From: Octopus bimaculoides
Lineage: Eukaryota
Direction of reading: 5' to 3'
Length of the DNA: 64,000 nt
NCBI RefSeq assembly: GCF_001194135.2
Contig: NC_069001.1
Span: 186,001-250,000 of the forward strand
The translations under genes and the position numbers were made by a program. The number at the start of each line of letters is the position of its first letter. The stretch's first letter is position 1. Shown piece after piece: positions 38,279-50,893 of this stretch. The notes below the pieces were generated by a model that saw only the letters and a list, made by a program, of their open reading frames with translations, had not been told where the DNA came from and made no database searches.

Positions 38279-40149
38279 GATATGACAGATGTTCTACCAT
38301 TGTATCAAAGCAATCCTTTGAATTTTTCCATTCATTTTTAGAAGCTTTGTTCGCATCAAAAGAATTTAGAAACTTTGGGAGGTGTGAAATAAATGATAAC
38401 AGCGTTTAATATATTGGGTTAAAACTGCCTTGGCTGGAAAGAAAATCAAAGACTGTTTAATCCTTTACAACAGTTCAATGAAGGCATCTACTATGGCACA
38501 AAGTGTACCTCAGAAAACTTGAGATGCTTAAAACATTGTCTTTTGCAGAGAGTGGAACGGTTGATTGTTACATTGTTGTTGTTGCTGTTGTGAGATGAGT
38601 GCATCTTGAAAGGGAAATCAAAAGTGACATGAAGCTTGGTACCAAATGGCTGGGCAGATATCTTTGTAATCTGTTGTTGAAGGTCCCCCTCCGAAGAACA
38701 ATCCGGTTAGCACTACTCCAGCTCCAATCTCTAAATCCTGCAGCATATTGGGGAGGGAGGAGGAGGAAGAGGAAGGTTAAAAGTCAACTGATGATGGTGG
38801 TGGTGGTGGTGAGGATGCTGCTGCTCAGTAACAACAGCAGCAGTACTGGTGGTGGTGGTGGTGGTGGTGGTGGTGGACCGATGACAGTAAAGAAGAATAC
38901 TAAGCAAGAAGGTGGAAGGAGGAGGAGGAGGAGGAGGAGAAATGAGAGTAATAAAATGAAGTCTGTAAGAGAAGTCAAAAGAGAAACTGTTGTGGGGGGG
39001 GGGNNNNNNNNNNNNNNNNNNNNNNNNNNNNNNNNNNNNNNNNNNNNNNNNNNNNNNNNNNNNNNNNNNNNNNNNNNNNNNNNNNNNNNNNNNNNNNNNN
39101 NNNNNNNNNNNNNNNNNNNNNNNNNNNNNNNNNNNNNNNNNNNNNNNNNNNNNNNNNNNNNNNNNNNNNNNNNNNNNNNNNNNNNNNNNNNNNNNNNNNN
39201 NNNNNNNNNNNNNNNNNNNNNNNNNNNNNNNNNNNNNNNNNNNNNNNNNNNNNNNNNNNNNNNNNNNNNNNNNNNNNNNNNNNNNNNNNNNNNNNNNNNN
39301 NNNNNNNNNNNNNNNNNNNNNNNNNNNNNNNNNNNNNNNNNNNNNNNNNNNNNNNNNNNNNNNNNNNNNNNNNNNNNACTCTGAGATTAGATTTTCAAAA
39401 TTTTTGTTTTTGTTAATTTTATAATTTATTATATTTTTCATTTTCATTTCTATCTCTTTTGCTTTTTTTTTTGTTTTGGTTTTAATTGTAAAAAAAAAAA
39501 AATCATTATCTTAAATTTTTTCTATCTATTTTTTCTCCTTTTTCATAAAATTTATTTAAGATTCTGAAAATTGATATATGTCTGATATGTTTGTAAATTT
39601 TCAAATTTTTATGCAACCGTATTTTACAGCTTTGATTAACTACCACAACATTCTTTTGGACAGTTATTCTTTGTTTTGGCTTTCTTTTTACATTTCATTT
39701 CCTTGTTCTCAGAGTGACACACACACACACACACACATTGACTGGAGTCAATGCAACTCACAAGCACCTTCCTTCCAAAATTTCAGGCCCTGTGCCTATA
39801 AAGGATCATTATTTTGGCCTTCTGCAATTAGTGTTCAAATCATGTAAAAGCTGACTTTACACACACACACACACACATCTATACTTACACATGCATGTAC
39901 ACACCTATACACACACACACTTGACAACTTGTGTTGGTGTGTTTACATCCCTATATCTTAACAATTTAGCAAAGAGACCAATAGAATAAGTACCAGGCTT
40001 TACAAAAGGTAAGTGCCAGAGTTGATCCATTGACTAAAAATTCTCTAAGGTGGTGCCCCAGCATGGCCACAGTCTAATAATTGAAACATGTAAAAGATGG
40101 AAGAGAAAAGGTTGCTGTGTTAATAGCACAATAACTCTCAGAAAGAGAT

Positions 40150-40630
40150 GAAAACTCATCCCAGTAGCAGCATCCAGTGAGAGTGCCAGATGCATTCCTG
40201 CATTTCCAAACCTTTTCAATGGCAAATACTCACAAGTCATGTGACCAATTGAGAATTCATTGTCTGCAAATATAGAAAATGTGAATAAGGCATTCATTGA
40301 TGTTGTGAATGGCATCCTGACTAATTCATAAATTCAATATACGCAATTGAGATACACTGAATCCTTAGCATTTCAACCAGCCGTGTCTGACCAAAATATT
40401 CTACTTGTTTCATGTTCCAACTGGCCAGATCCAGCCTCTCACACCTACCCAATGTCACTTCAAAAATAAACAATCCCATTATGAAAATCTTGAAGCTACA
40501 AGACAATACACGATTAATTCCAATAGACAAGCTTTACATTTGAAGAGCAAATTGAATGCTGAAGAGGAAGTACCCTCTGCAGACAGTTATTCCAATAGAA
40601 TGCTGCCTCACCAAGACATTCCATATTTAA
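40150..40630 (+). mobile_element. Highly degenerate Penelope-like element RT C-terminal remnant (tentative)
   Basis: Frameshifted pieces FIDVVNGILTNS*IQYTQLRYTESLAF, FHVPTGQIQ, SHTYPMSLQK*TIP and MLKRKYPLQTVI loosely follow the PLE order (LN..H..IQFT.E...LPF; KPT..QY; HP...K..IP; L..R.YP...I). Similarity is weak and judged by eye. Confidence 0.4.
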
Positions 40631-41730
40631 CCAATGTTGTAGTTCATCCTTTCCAGAAGCAGTGGAAGTTACGTCTGCCTCCTCAACAAGGATTGAACTC
40701 AGAATGTAAAGGGACATAGCTAAATACAACTGAGTGGTTTGTCTGCTGCTCCACCAATTCTGCCACACAGCTTAATTAATAATAGTAAATAATCAAGTAA
40801 TAATGTAATTGATATGTTTTTTTTTTTGATGTTGCTTTCGGATTTGATAGTTTTTTCTTTATTTCTTTTTCTTTATTTTTTTTTTTGTTTTTATGTTATT
40901 ACATCAATGAACTAAGAATTCAATGAGGGAATTGGTTTTGATTCTCTGTGGAAATGGTTTCAGCTGTGCTTACTTCTAACTCTACTTTGAATTATGCTAT
41001 TGATAATGATTTCATTATTCAAAGACTAATAATAAAAACAATAATAACAATGATGATGATGATGATGATGATGACCTTTTCTTTATTATTGCCACAAAGG
41101 TGACGGAAGAGAGGACATTACAGGATGGGGGTGGGGGATGTAGTGGTGGTGGGGAAGCTTGTGTAGAAACTGAATAATAAAAATGATAATAATAATAATA
41201 AAAACAATAATAATAATAGCAATGAAACTTAGAGTCAGGCATAAGATTGGCACAATGCCATCCATTTTTCTATGAAGGAGTTAATCAACACCAGTGTATG
41301 ATGTTGGTTTTATGTATCCTGAGGGTGTGAGAGACAAATTCTACCCCAAGCATTTTGTTAGAATAATATTAAAAAGCAGCAGCTGAGAAATGAAATTCCC
41401 ATTTTTTTTAAAAACTTCTATTTCGATGCATTGTGTGTTGTTAAAGATTTTGATTACGTTTGAGATTTAAGGTTGTTGAACATTTTGCCTCTTATGGGAG
41501 TCACTTTGTTGATCAATATGCAAAGGCTGATAGCCAGACACTTCATTTCCCATTGCTCCAGTCCACTCGTCTGTAAATGGGTTACCCCTGCAATGGAGTG
41601 GCATTCTGTTGAGGGGGAAGAAAGTTGGCCTGCTCACTTGGCCATTGAGGTGGCATCATTTGAAAACTACAGCAATGCAAAAAAACGCATTGCGATCAGT
41701 GATGTATAACAACATTCAATGGTCTGACCG

Positions 41731-41783
<53 letters not shown>

Positions 41784-42320
41784 NNNNNNNNNNNNNNNNN
41801 NNNNNNNNNNNNNNNNNNNNNNNNNNNNNNNNNNNNNNNNNNNNNNNNNNNNNNNNNNNNNNNNNNNNNNNNNNNNNNNNNNNNNNNNNNNNNNNNNNNN
41901 NNNNNNNNNNNNNNNNNNNNNNNNNNNNNNNNNNNNNNNNNNNNNNNNNNNNNNNNNNNNNNNNNNNNNNNNNNNNNNNNNNNNNNNNNNNNNNNNNNNN
42001 NNNNNNNNNNNNNNNNNNNNNNNNNNNNNNNNNNNNNNNNNNNNNNNNNNNNNNNNNNNNNNNNNNNNNNNNNNNNNNNNNNNNNNNNNNNNNNNNNNNN
42101 NNNNNNNNNNNNNNNNNNNNNNNNNNNNNNNNNNNNNNNNNNNNNNNNNNNNNNNNNNNNNNNNNNNNNNNNNNNNNNNNNNNNNNNNNNNNNNNNNNNN
42201 NNNNNNNNNNNNNNNNNNNNNNNNNNNNNNNNNNNNNNNNNNNNNNNNNNNNNNNNNNNNNNNNNNNNNNNNNNNNNNNNNNNNNNNNNNNNNNNNNNNN
42301 NNNNNNNNNNNNNNNNNNNN

Positions 42321-42381
<61 letters not shown>

Positions 42382-42954
42382 CAATATATGATGACCAAAT
42401 CTCATATACAAAAATAAATTCTGCCAGCACTTAGGTTACCGAAAGTCAGGAAGGCGATCATAAGATGACCAACTCCTTCACCCTCCTGGGCTTCTTCGGC
42501 CTTGTCCAGCCTTGTCCAGCTTAATCAACTTTGTTACAAACAAACCAAGTATAAAAATAATATTCAACTCATCTGGAAGAATTACTTCTTTGGAAAGTAC
42601 CAGAATAAACTTTTGCATGAAGAATTCCATATGGTACCAAACATGGAATTGTAACATTTATTTTCTTGCATCCAAGCAATGCTTGAGTGATTTGTCTGGA
42701 TTTCTGAAAGCTAAGTGCTATTTTAGTGTGACTTTTTATATAACTTTTATTTGAATTTTGTGGTTTGTATTGTGACTTTTTTTAGTTGACACTGACAGAG
42801 CTGAGAGGAGGCCATTGTTATGACATGTGTCTTTTATACAACCATACGTACTACACACATATACATACTCAAACACAGAGATGCATGTGTGTGTGTGTAT
42901 GTATATACACACGTACATACATATATATCATCAGTATTGTTTCATATGAATACA

Positions 42955-42990
<36 letters not shown>

Positions 42991-43599
42991 CACGTATGTA
43001 CATACATGTGTAGTTGTGTGTATGTTTGTATATCTTTTATCTTTTACTTGTTTCAGTTGTTGTACTGTGGCCATGCTGGGGCACTGCCTTGAAGTGTTTT
43101 TAGTCAAACAAATGAATCCCATAATTTATACATGTGTGTGTGTATGCGTGTGCGTATAAACAAACTTGCATTTTTATAGATTCCTATCAATTCCAGACAG
43201 AATTTGAAACCAAAACCGCAAAGTTGGCCGAATCTTTGCAACATTCGCTAAAATGCTTTGTGGCATTTCCTCTGGCATTTTCTGTTCCAGACTTCAAATT
43301 CCACTGAGGTTTGACTTTTCAAGGTTGATAGAATGCACATCAGTTGAGCATTGGGGGTCAGTGTAATCAACTAACCCCTGCTCCCTCTAGCCCAAGTAAC
43401 CTTGTGTCAAAATTTGAATCAATAATATTATTATTAAAGGTATTGGGAATCAGAATTGATAGAGAACACCATAGCTTTGCATTCTGAGTTCTAATCCAAG
43501 CAGCACCATCTTGCTTTTATTCTTCCAGGTTCTATAAAATACATCATCATCATCATCATCATCACTATCAAGTTGAGCTTACTTGGATGTTAACCTGCA

Positions 43600-43930
43600 C
43601 ACACCACCCATCTACGTCTTGCATGAGTTGAGGGAGGTCTTTGAGGAGGAGGAGGAGGAGGAGGAGGTGAGTTGATCTGCACATGTTGTGTTTGGACAAC
43701 CTGCTCCAGTATGGCCATACGTTGGCATCCACAGCAGCAGGCTACTTGCCAGCTCTTGTTTAGCTCGCTGGCAATGTCCCACAAAGTGCCTTTCCTTTAT
43801 GAACAGACAGAAAAATCTCCATTCTGCTATTTCTTGGAGGGATGAGTTCTCCAAGACAGGTTCAAGACTTGCTCTTAACAAGCAGAGTCAATATATTTGG
43901 TCATTCCTTGCTCAGCATTGTACCTATGCT
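43600..43930 (-). mobile_element. RTE/RTEX-type LINE 3' fragment, degenerate, interrupted by (GAG)n
   Basis: Minus strand reads LRASL.LSWRTHPSKK...RHFVGHCQRAKQELASSLLLWMPTYGHTGAGCPNTTCADQL. Same family pattern as 19.4 kb (GHC.R.K.EL.S..LLW.P..G....G.P..T..DQL). Confidence 0.8.
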
Positions 43931-44826
43931 AGAAAATGATTACCTTTTTTTTAAGCATACATCTGTAGACTGAGGAACAGTTGAGTGAGAGCTGGCATTT
44001 GTGTGTGTTTCTGTATCTTCATATAACTTACATACACATACAACAGGCAAGCTGGTAGGCACACACACACACACACACACAAGCATGTCCGTATGCATCA
44101 TTAGATTATTATTAACACTGTCAGATCAGCAAAGACAGGTTCTTTGGATCTGTTTGTGACATGCTCTTGGCATTTCCCTCCAAACCGTCCATTTAAACTC
44201 AGTTAAGCCTTGACGGGTTGAAAGCTGTTTCATCCTTGCTTACATTCTTTTTTTTTGTCTAATATGGAATATGAAGAAGACATATTTTGAAATGTGTCAA
44301 CTGTCACAGTTGACATAATATATAAACATATACACCGAAATCTTCACAAGCATGCATATATATATATATATATGTATACACACACGCATATGCACACATC
44401 CATTCACACACATGCACACATGGACAACTATGTACATCTACCGACACATGCATACACACACACACACACACACTCATAGAAGCAGACAATGACAGCTGAC
44501 AGAGTATCACCAGAATGTCAATGTTTACAAGACAAGAGCAACAGAAAAATGATTCAACAGCTTTGTATCCTGTTACTAGCATTGACAGCTGTCCACGTGG
44601 CTGTAAACAGGTACCAAGGTGACAGAAATACAGGTGAAGCATGTTCATAATCATCCCTTTATATTCAAAGTTGTCTCACCAATCTATATCAGGTTTCATA
44701 GTTTTGCAAGCCTCCCTAGTATTCATGGCATGAAAAAAGTACCAAACACACGCTGTACAGAGGCAGGCATTAGAAACTGTAGACACCATGCCAAGACAGA
44801 GAGTGTGGAGCATGGTGCAACCTTAC

Positions 44827-44863
44827 CACTCATCGGATCCTAAATGCTCCAACCACAGAGTCA
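44827..44863 (-). CDS. Candidate 37-nt minus-strand exon
   Basis: Acceptor TTTCCCTGTTTCTGTTCTTCGTAG| and donor |GTAAGG. The single open frame reads TLWLEHLGSDE. Confidence 0.25.
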
Positions 44864-45052
44864 CTACGAAGAACAGAAACAGGGAAACTCAGAGTAATGA
44901 CGGAGGGCATTTTCTGGCTTGGCTTCAAATTAATGAAACAAACAAAAAACAAACAACTGCACATACTTAATTCTTTTATACCTCTCATCGCCTGCTTCTT
45001 CATTCTAACACACACATATATACATATATACATATGTATTGTGTATGGATCT

Positions 45053-45111
<59 letters not shown>

Positions 45112-45359
45112 TATACATATGTATTGTGTATTATTTGTATGTATTTACATATAAGAATAAAATTATGATTGATAATTTAGTGATAATTCTTGACAGCAGC
45201 TACATCTTTCTCTTGGCAGTTCTGCACACTGGCTGCAATCAACTTAATTGAGCTGCAATTACTGCAGCAATTCACCATATTAGCTGCACATGTCAACTAT
45301 TTATTTTGTAGTTGTTTATTATTTTCTTCTAATTGCTATCATCATTATCATCATCATCA

Positions 45360-45418
<59 letters not shown>

Positions 45419-48127
45419 TTTAAGCTTTCTTTGTTTCTCCTTCGGTAAAAATCTTCCATGAAAAGTTTTTGCAAGTAAAAAGCCTCAAGATGGATTTGGA
45501 AGAAGTTTTTTTTTTCCTGTTGTTGTTTTTTTGTTGATGTTGTTGGTGTTGTTTATCTCATCTGATGTTTTATATTGTTTTGCAGTTGTTTTGTTTGTTT
45601 GTTTCCAAGTTACATTTTTCGTCAGTGCTTCATTGCATTTGTTAATATTGCTGTTGTTGCAGTCGTTGTTGTTGTTGTTTGTGTTGTTTGTTTGTTTTAT
45701 TCTTGTGTTTTTGTTTGTTCTGTGGTTCCAATTATTTCTGTTGTTTGTGAATGTTTTATCTGTCATGGCAAGGATGGAGAGGTGATGGGGATGGTATTAA
45801 TCCTAATGGTGGTGGTGGTGGTCATAGTGGTATCATTATTAATGCTATTAGTAGTGGTGGTGGTGGTAATGACAGTGATGATGCTAGTTGTAGTAGTAGT
45901 TGTGGTAGTGGTGGTATCGTCAAGAAAATATTTTGGTTGTTGCTGTTGTTGCTATTTACAGAAGTTTTCGCGATGGTCATGGTTGGAACCATTAGCATTA
46001 GAAGAAACTCTCTCTCTCTCTCAAGCATAAGGTGCTTGCTTCCCAACCAACAGGCCGTGGGTTCAGTTCCACTGTACAGCCATGTGTATGCAACTAACAC
46101 CCAAATACTTATTTACAAATGTCAAAGCTTTTCTGTCGTTGCTCAACCTGCTCAGATCCGAATGATGAGATCTTTCTCTAGGAATGTTATGAAGAAGTCA
46201 TCAAAGTAAATGATTTTTACTCAGTTTCTAAAATTTGAAATATAATATTTTTAATATAAACAGTTTTAGTCGAGTGGTATTAAAAGATTAAGTTCCAAAC
46301 CTCCACTGAGACAGAAAGCCTAAATTTCCCTGATTAACCCAATTAAGAAATACCTAATAAGAGAACATAAATTTTGCTGACAAAGAAAATAGAACTGAAG
46401 TTGATAACTTTCTATTTTAAAGACTCTACTTCTACTTCTGCTCAATATTTTGCTTACCATAATGATAGTATTTTAAATGAACAAACAATTTCAATGTAAA
46501 ATTTTACAATTTTGCCATCAATAAAGTAACAGGTATCAAACTAGTAAATATATAATATAGAATATTACACCATCCACAAAATGGGTGTGACTCTTTCTCA
46601 CCTCCAATAATTGACAACATTCTTTATATATTTCTCCATACCTACCGATCCCCAAAGAGCTCATGTGTTTATCTAACATTCAGTTATCTAATTTCTGGTA
46701 CAAAAAAAAAAAAAAGCAATTGGTAAGATTGGTGGTAATTGATCTATAATACTGTATACTTTGATTATTAAATCCTATTTATTGACTTTATTGATGAGTG
46801 ACTGTATTTTCTAACTTATCGAGTCTTGGATGACTAGAATAGAGAAGCTGTGTCATTGTACAAAGCGTATTTCTCTGTCATTGTTTAGCCTCAGGTTAGT
46901 CCTGACTCATTAGACACATGAGTCAAGACACATGAGTCAAGATCATCTCCTCTTTTATTCCTCAGACGTAATTGCATCCAACACAATGTAAATCATTGGG
47001 TTCTTTATTATATGTTTAAAACAGATTTGGCTGGTATTTCTAGCAAATCAAGTAATCCCATAGAAGTTTCTTCTTCATTACCTCATTCACTTGACAGGGC
47101 TTTGTTTATAGTGCCTGGTCATGTATGGGTTAGGGTTAGAGATGGGGTTCGAGTTAGGGTGCTGGTCTGGCAATCAGGCCATCCACCAATCTTGTTTCCA
47201 GTCCTGTCTTTGTTGATATTGATATGGCCAGAGGTAAAGGTGGAGGTGTGTAGCTACTCAAATGTCCAGGGGTTTCGATAACAATTCAAGTTGAAGTGGA
47301 CAAGATGGACAGCATAGCACAATGATTTGCAAATCTCTTTCTCTTGTTTGCTCCATTACTTTGATATATTTCACCCTCCCACCCACATGTGAAAATATAA
47401 AGCATGGCCACCATTAGTGGTGCAGGAAATAAAAAAAAAACACAGGACAAGAGAATTACAGAATTAGTTTACTGGAATGATCTATTTGCCACCTGTCATG
47501 CAACTTTCTTTTTTTACCCTACATGGGATAAGTTTACCTATGTTGCTTTAAAATAACTGCTCCACAAATACATTGTACATCTTCAGGCATCCATTTTGGC
47601 CATTAGCACCTGGTCAACAATACTGTTTGAGAGGATTTATGATCAAAGGCATCCTGGCATGACCATCACATCCTAGTGAATTATTTTAGCAAAGTAGGGT
47701 GTATCTAGAACTATATCATTTAATGAGTGTCCTTCGGGTTTTTTAAGATTGTGGTGTGGGATTTAAAAGAGAGTTGGCTGTTATTTCAAGCAAATCAAAT
47801 GGCCATACAGAGGTTTCTCCCCTTTTGGTTCTGTTAATGAAGATGGTGGTGAAAGCAGTTGTGGTGGTCATGGAGTATTGCTGATGAGGAGAAGTGTATC
47901 TAGGACTACATTATTCAAAGCAGTTCCTTCGTGTTTTAAGATGTTGGAGTGTGATTTGACAGGGAAGGATCTGGTTGTGATTTCAAGCAGGTTAAAAAAC
48001 CACATAGAGGTTTTGCTCATTGGGATTCTGTTGGTGAAAATAACGGTAACAGCAGCTTTGAGATGGTCAAAGCTATTTGGACGGGAGAAGTTGTTTTGCT
48101 GATCCTATTGGACAGCGGAGGTGGTCT

Positions 48128-48192
<65 letters not shown>

Positions 48193-48551
48193 ATAGTAGT
48201 AGGAGGAGCAGCAGCAGTAGTAATAGTAGTCACAACAGCTAAGTTGGGGGTAATAGTGGTTGTGGGGCTGATGGTGGTGGTGGTCAAGATAGTAGAAGTA
48301 GTAGTAGTAGTAACCAAGCTGGTAGTAGTGTTAGTAGTAGTAGTAATCATTGGAACACTAGCAGCAGCAGCAGCAGCAGCCATAATGTTGTGGAAGGTTG
48401 ATATTGGTAAACATGAGAATAAAGCTGATGGTCATGATGATGATGATGATGATGATGATAGCACCAACAACGATGATGGTGATGGTGAAGATGGTGGTTG
48501 GTGTGGGAAGAGGATTCGGTTGCAAGTTAAGCCTGGAAAGACAGTGTTTTG

Positions 48552-48565
48552 GTAGTCATGGTAAC
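48552..48565. promoter_or_regulatory. RFX X-box-like site
   Basis: GTAGTCATGGTAAC fits GTHNYY-AT-RRNAAC. Confidence 0.3.
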
Positions 48566-48779
48566 CGACCAGTGCACAGATGGTTGGAGAGTTAGGTGTG
48601 TTCAGTGAAGCGTGAAAGCAGCCAGTGAACAATCCCAGTTGGGAAGCTTCCAGAAAGTCTGGCCATGCCACCATGGCATGGCAGGATGGCTCATACCTGC
48701 AGATTATTACTCAAGTGGAGAAAAGCAGCTTTAAAAACAACATGCACAGCTTCAGCACTCCTCCTCCCCTTCTCCCTCC

Positions 48780-49010
48780 TCTTTATTCTTCTTCTCTTCT
48801 TCTTCTACTTCTTCTTCTTCTTCTTCTTCTTCTCCTCCTCCTCCTCCTCCTCTTCCTCCTTCTTCTTTTTCTTCATCTCCCCCCTCCTCCCCTTCTTCTT
48901 CTTCTTCTTCTTCTTCTTCTTCTTCTTCTTCTTCTTCTTCTTCTTCTTCTTCTCCTTCTTCTCCTTCTTTCTTCTTCAACTTCTTCTTCTTCATCATCTT
49001 CTTCTCAAGT
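48780..49010. repeat. Long (CTT)n/(CCT)n polypyrimidine microsatellite
   Basis: Direct reading. Confidence 0.97.
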
Positions 49011-49834
49011 AACTTGAGTCTATCTTTTTGCTTTTGATTGGTTGATCAATAAGTTGGTTGTTGTTGTTGTTGTTGTTTGTGGTGGTGATGGTGGTGGTGT
49101 GATGGTTATTCTAGTTGTGGTGGTGGTGGTGGTGGTGGTGGCACAATACCACCAACACCATCATCATCATCATCATAAAACCATCATCATCGTAGCTCTC
49201 ACTATATCCCCACAGCCATCACTGTCATCATCACAAATATCTGCCATCATCATCATAAACGTATTCTCACAACCATCATCATCATCATCATCATCAGTAT
49301 AACCATCATATTCTTCACCTTCAGCCAGTATCCCTGTTGCTCTTTTCCTTCCCACAAACATCTTAATGCTTCCTTTACATTCCTCCTTCCCATTCCTCCT
49401 TTCTTTCTTTTTATATTTTTCTGAAATTTGTTTATTTCCATCTATTTACCTTTTTTTATTTATTTATTCATCATCATCATCATCATCATCGTCCTAGTTG
49501 TCGTTGTTGTTGTTGTTCTCGGTGTCAATCCTCGTTTGCCATTTTCTTTTCCTATTTTTAGTTTCTTTTTATGATTTTCTTCTATTTCCAGGTTTTCATT
49601 TTATCCTTCCAGTCATTCTTTGAATCTCAACAACACAACAATTGTTACTGCCACCACCACCACCACCACCACCACCACCACCACCACCACCACCACCACC
49701 ACCACCACCACCACCACTACAACAACAACTACTCTATCACCACCACCACCACCATCAACATAATTTGAACAAGTGAAATGAAAAAACAGACACAACCAAG
49801 AAAACACATAACTGACCACATCATCATCGTCACC

Positions 49835-49945
49835 AGAACCACAACCATCATCATCATTTCTGTCATCACCATCATCATCATCATCATCATTTCTGTCATC
49901 ACCATCATCATCATCATCATCATTTCTGTCATCACCATCATGATC
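49835..49945 (+). repeat. 33-bp minisatellite built on (CAT)n, about 3 copies
   Basis: Unit ACCATCATCATCATCATCATCATTTCTGTCATC is repeated. Confidence 0.9.
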
Positions 49946-49993
49946 ATCATTATCATCATTATCAACTTCATCAGCAACACTACTATTCAATCT

Positions 49994-50540
49994 TCATCAT
50001 CATCATCACCGTTTAGTATCTGCTTTCCATGCTAGCATGGGTTGGACGATTTGACTGAGGACCGGAGAACCGGATGGCTGCACCAGGCTCCAATCTGATC
50101 TGGCAGAATTTCTACAGCTGGATGCCCTTCCTAATGCCAACCACTCCAAAAGTGTAGCTGGGTGCTTTTATGTGCCACCAGCACGAGGGCCAGTCAGGCG
50201 GCACTGGCAACGGCCACACTCAAATGGTGCTTTTTATGTGCCACTGGCACGGAAGCCAGTCAGCTGCTCTGGCTCGGACGGTGCTCTTAGCGCTCCACTG
50301 GCATGGATGCCGGTCATCGAATTTGATTTCGATTTCACTTGCCTCAACAGGTCTTCGCAAGCAGAGTTTAGTGTCCAATGAAGGAAAGGTACGCATAAGT
50401 GGGCTGGTTACACCCCTGGCAGAGGCCATGGGTTATGGTCTCACTTGGCTTGCTGGGTCTTCCCAAGCACAGCATATTTCCGAAGGTCTCGGTCACTAGT
50501 CATTGCCTCGGTGAGGCCTAATGTTCAAAGGTCATGCTTC
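49994..50540 (+). mobile_element. Interspersed repeat family C (SINE/non-autonomous retroelement) with internal repeated modules
   Basis: (CAT)n head, TTTCCATGCTAGCATGGGTTGGAC...GCTGGATGCCCTTCCTAATGCCAACC...GGTGCTTTTATGTGCCACC repeated modules. Other pieces at ~1990-2220 (-), 5880-6040, 33720-33840 (-) and 36865-37030. Confidence 0.85.
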
Positions 50541-50772
50541 ACAACCTTCACCCCTAAAATTGCTGGTCTTGTGCCAAAATTTTGAAGCCACATACACACA
50601 CAAACATATATCTGTATAAATATATTTATGTATAAATAGTTCGATATATATATGAATAGATGCCGACACATATAAAATTGATTTTTGAGAGATTTCATAT
50701 ATAATATGAAGTTTTTTTTATTGAACTGAGGCAGAATGCTTACATAATATACACACATACGTACAAAGGTAT

Positions 50773-50823
<51 letters not shown>

Positions 50824-50844
50824 TATATAGAGAGAGAGAGAGAC

Positions 50845-50893
<49 letters not shown>

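Noticed and set aside
42473-42499. Hammerhead-like CCGAAGA-A-GCCC-AGGA-GGGU-GAAG on the minus strand
   Set aside because: Two core mismatches and no stem I or stem III pairing.
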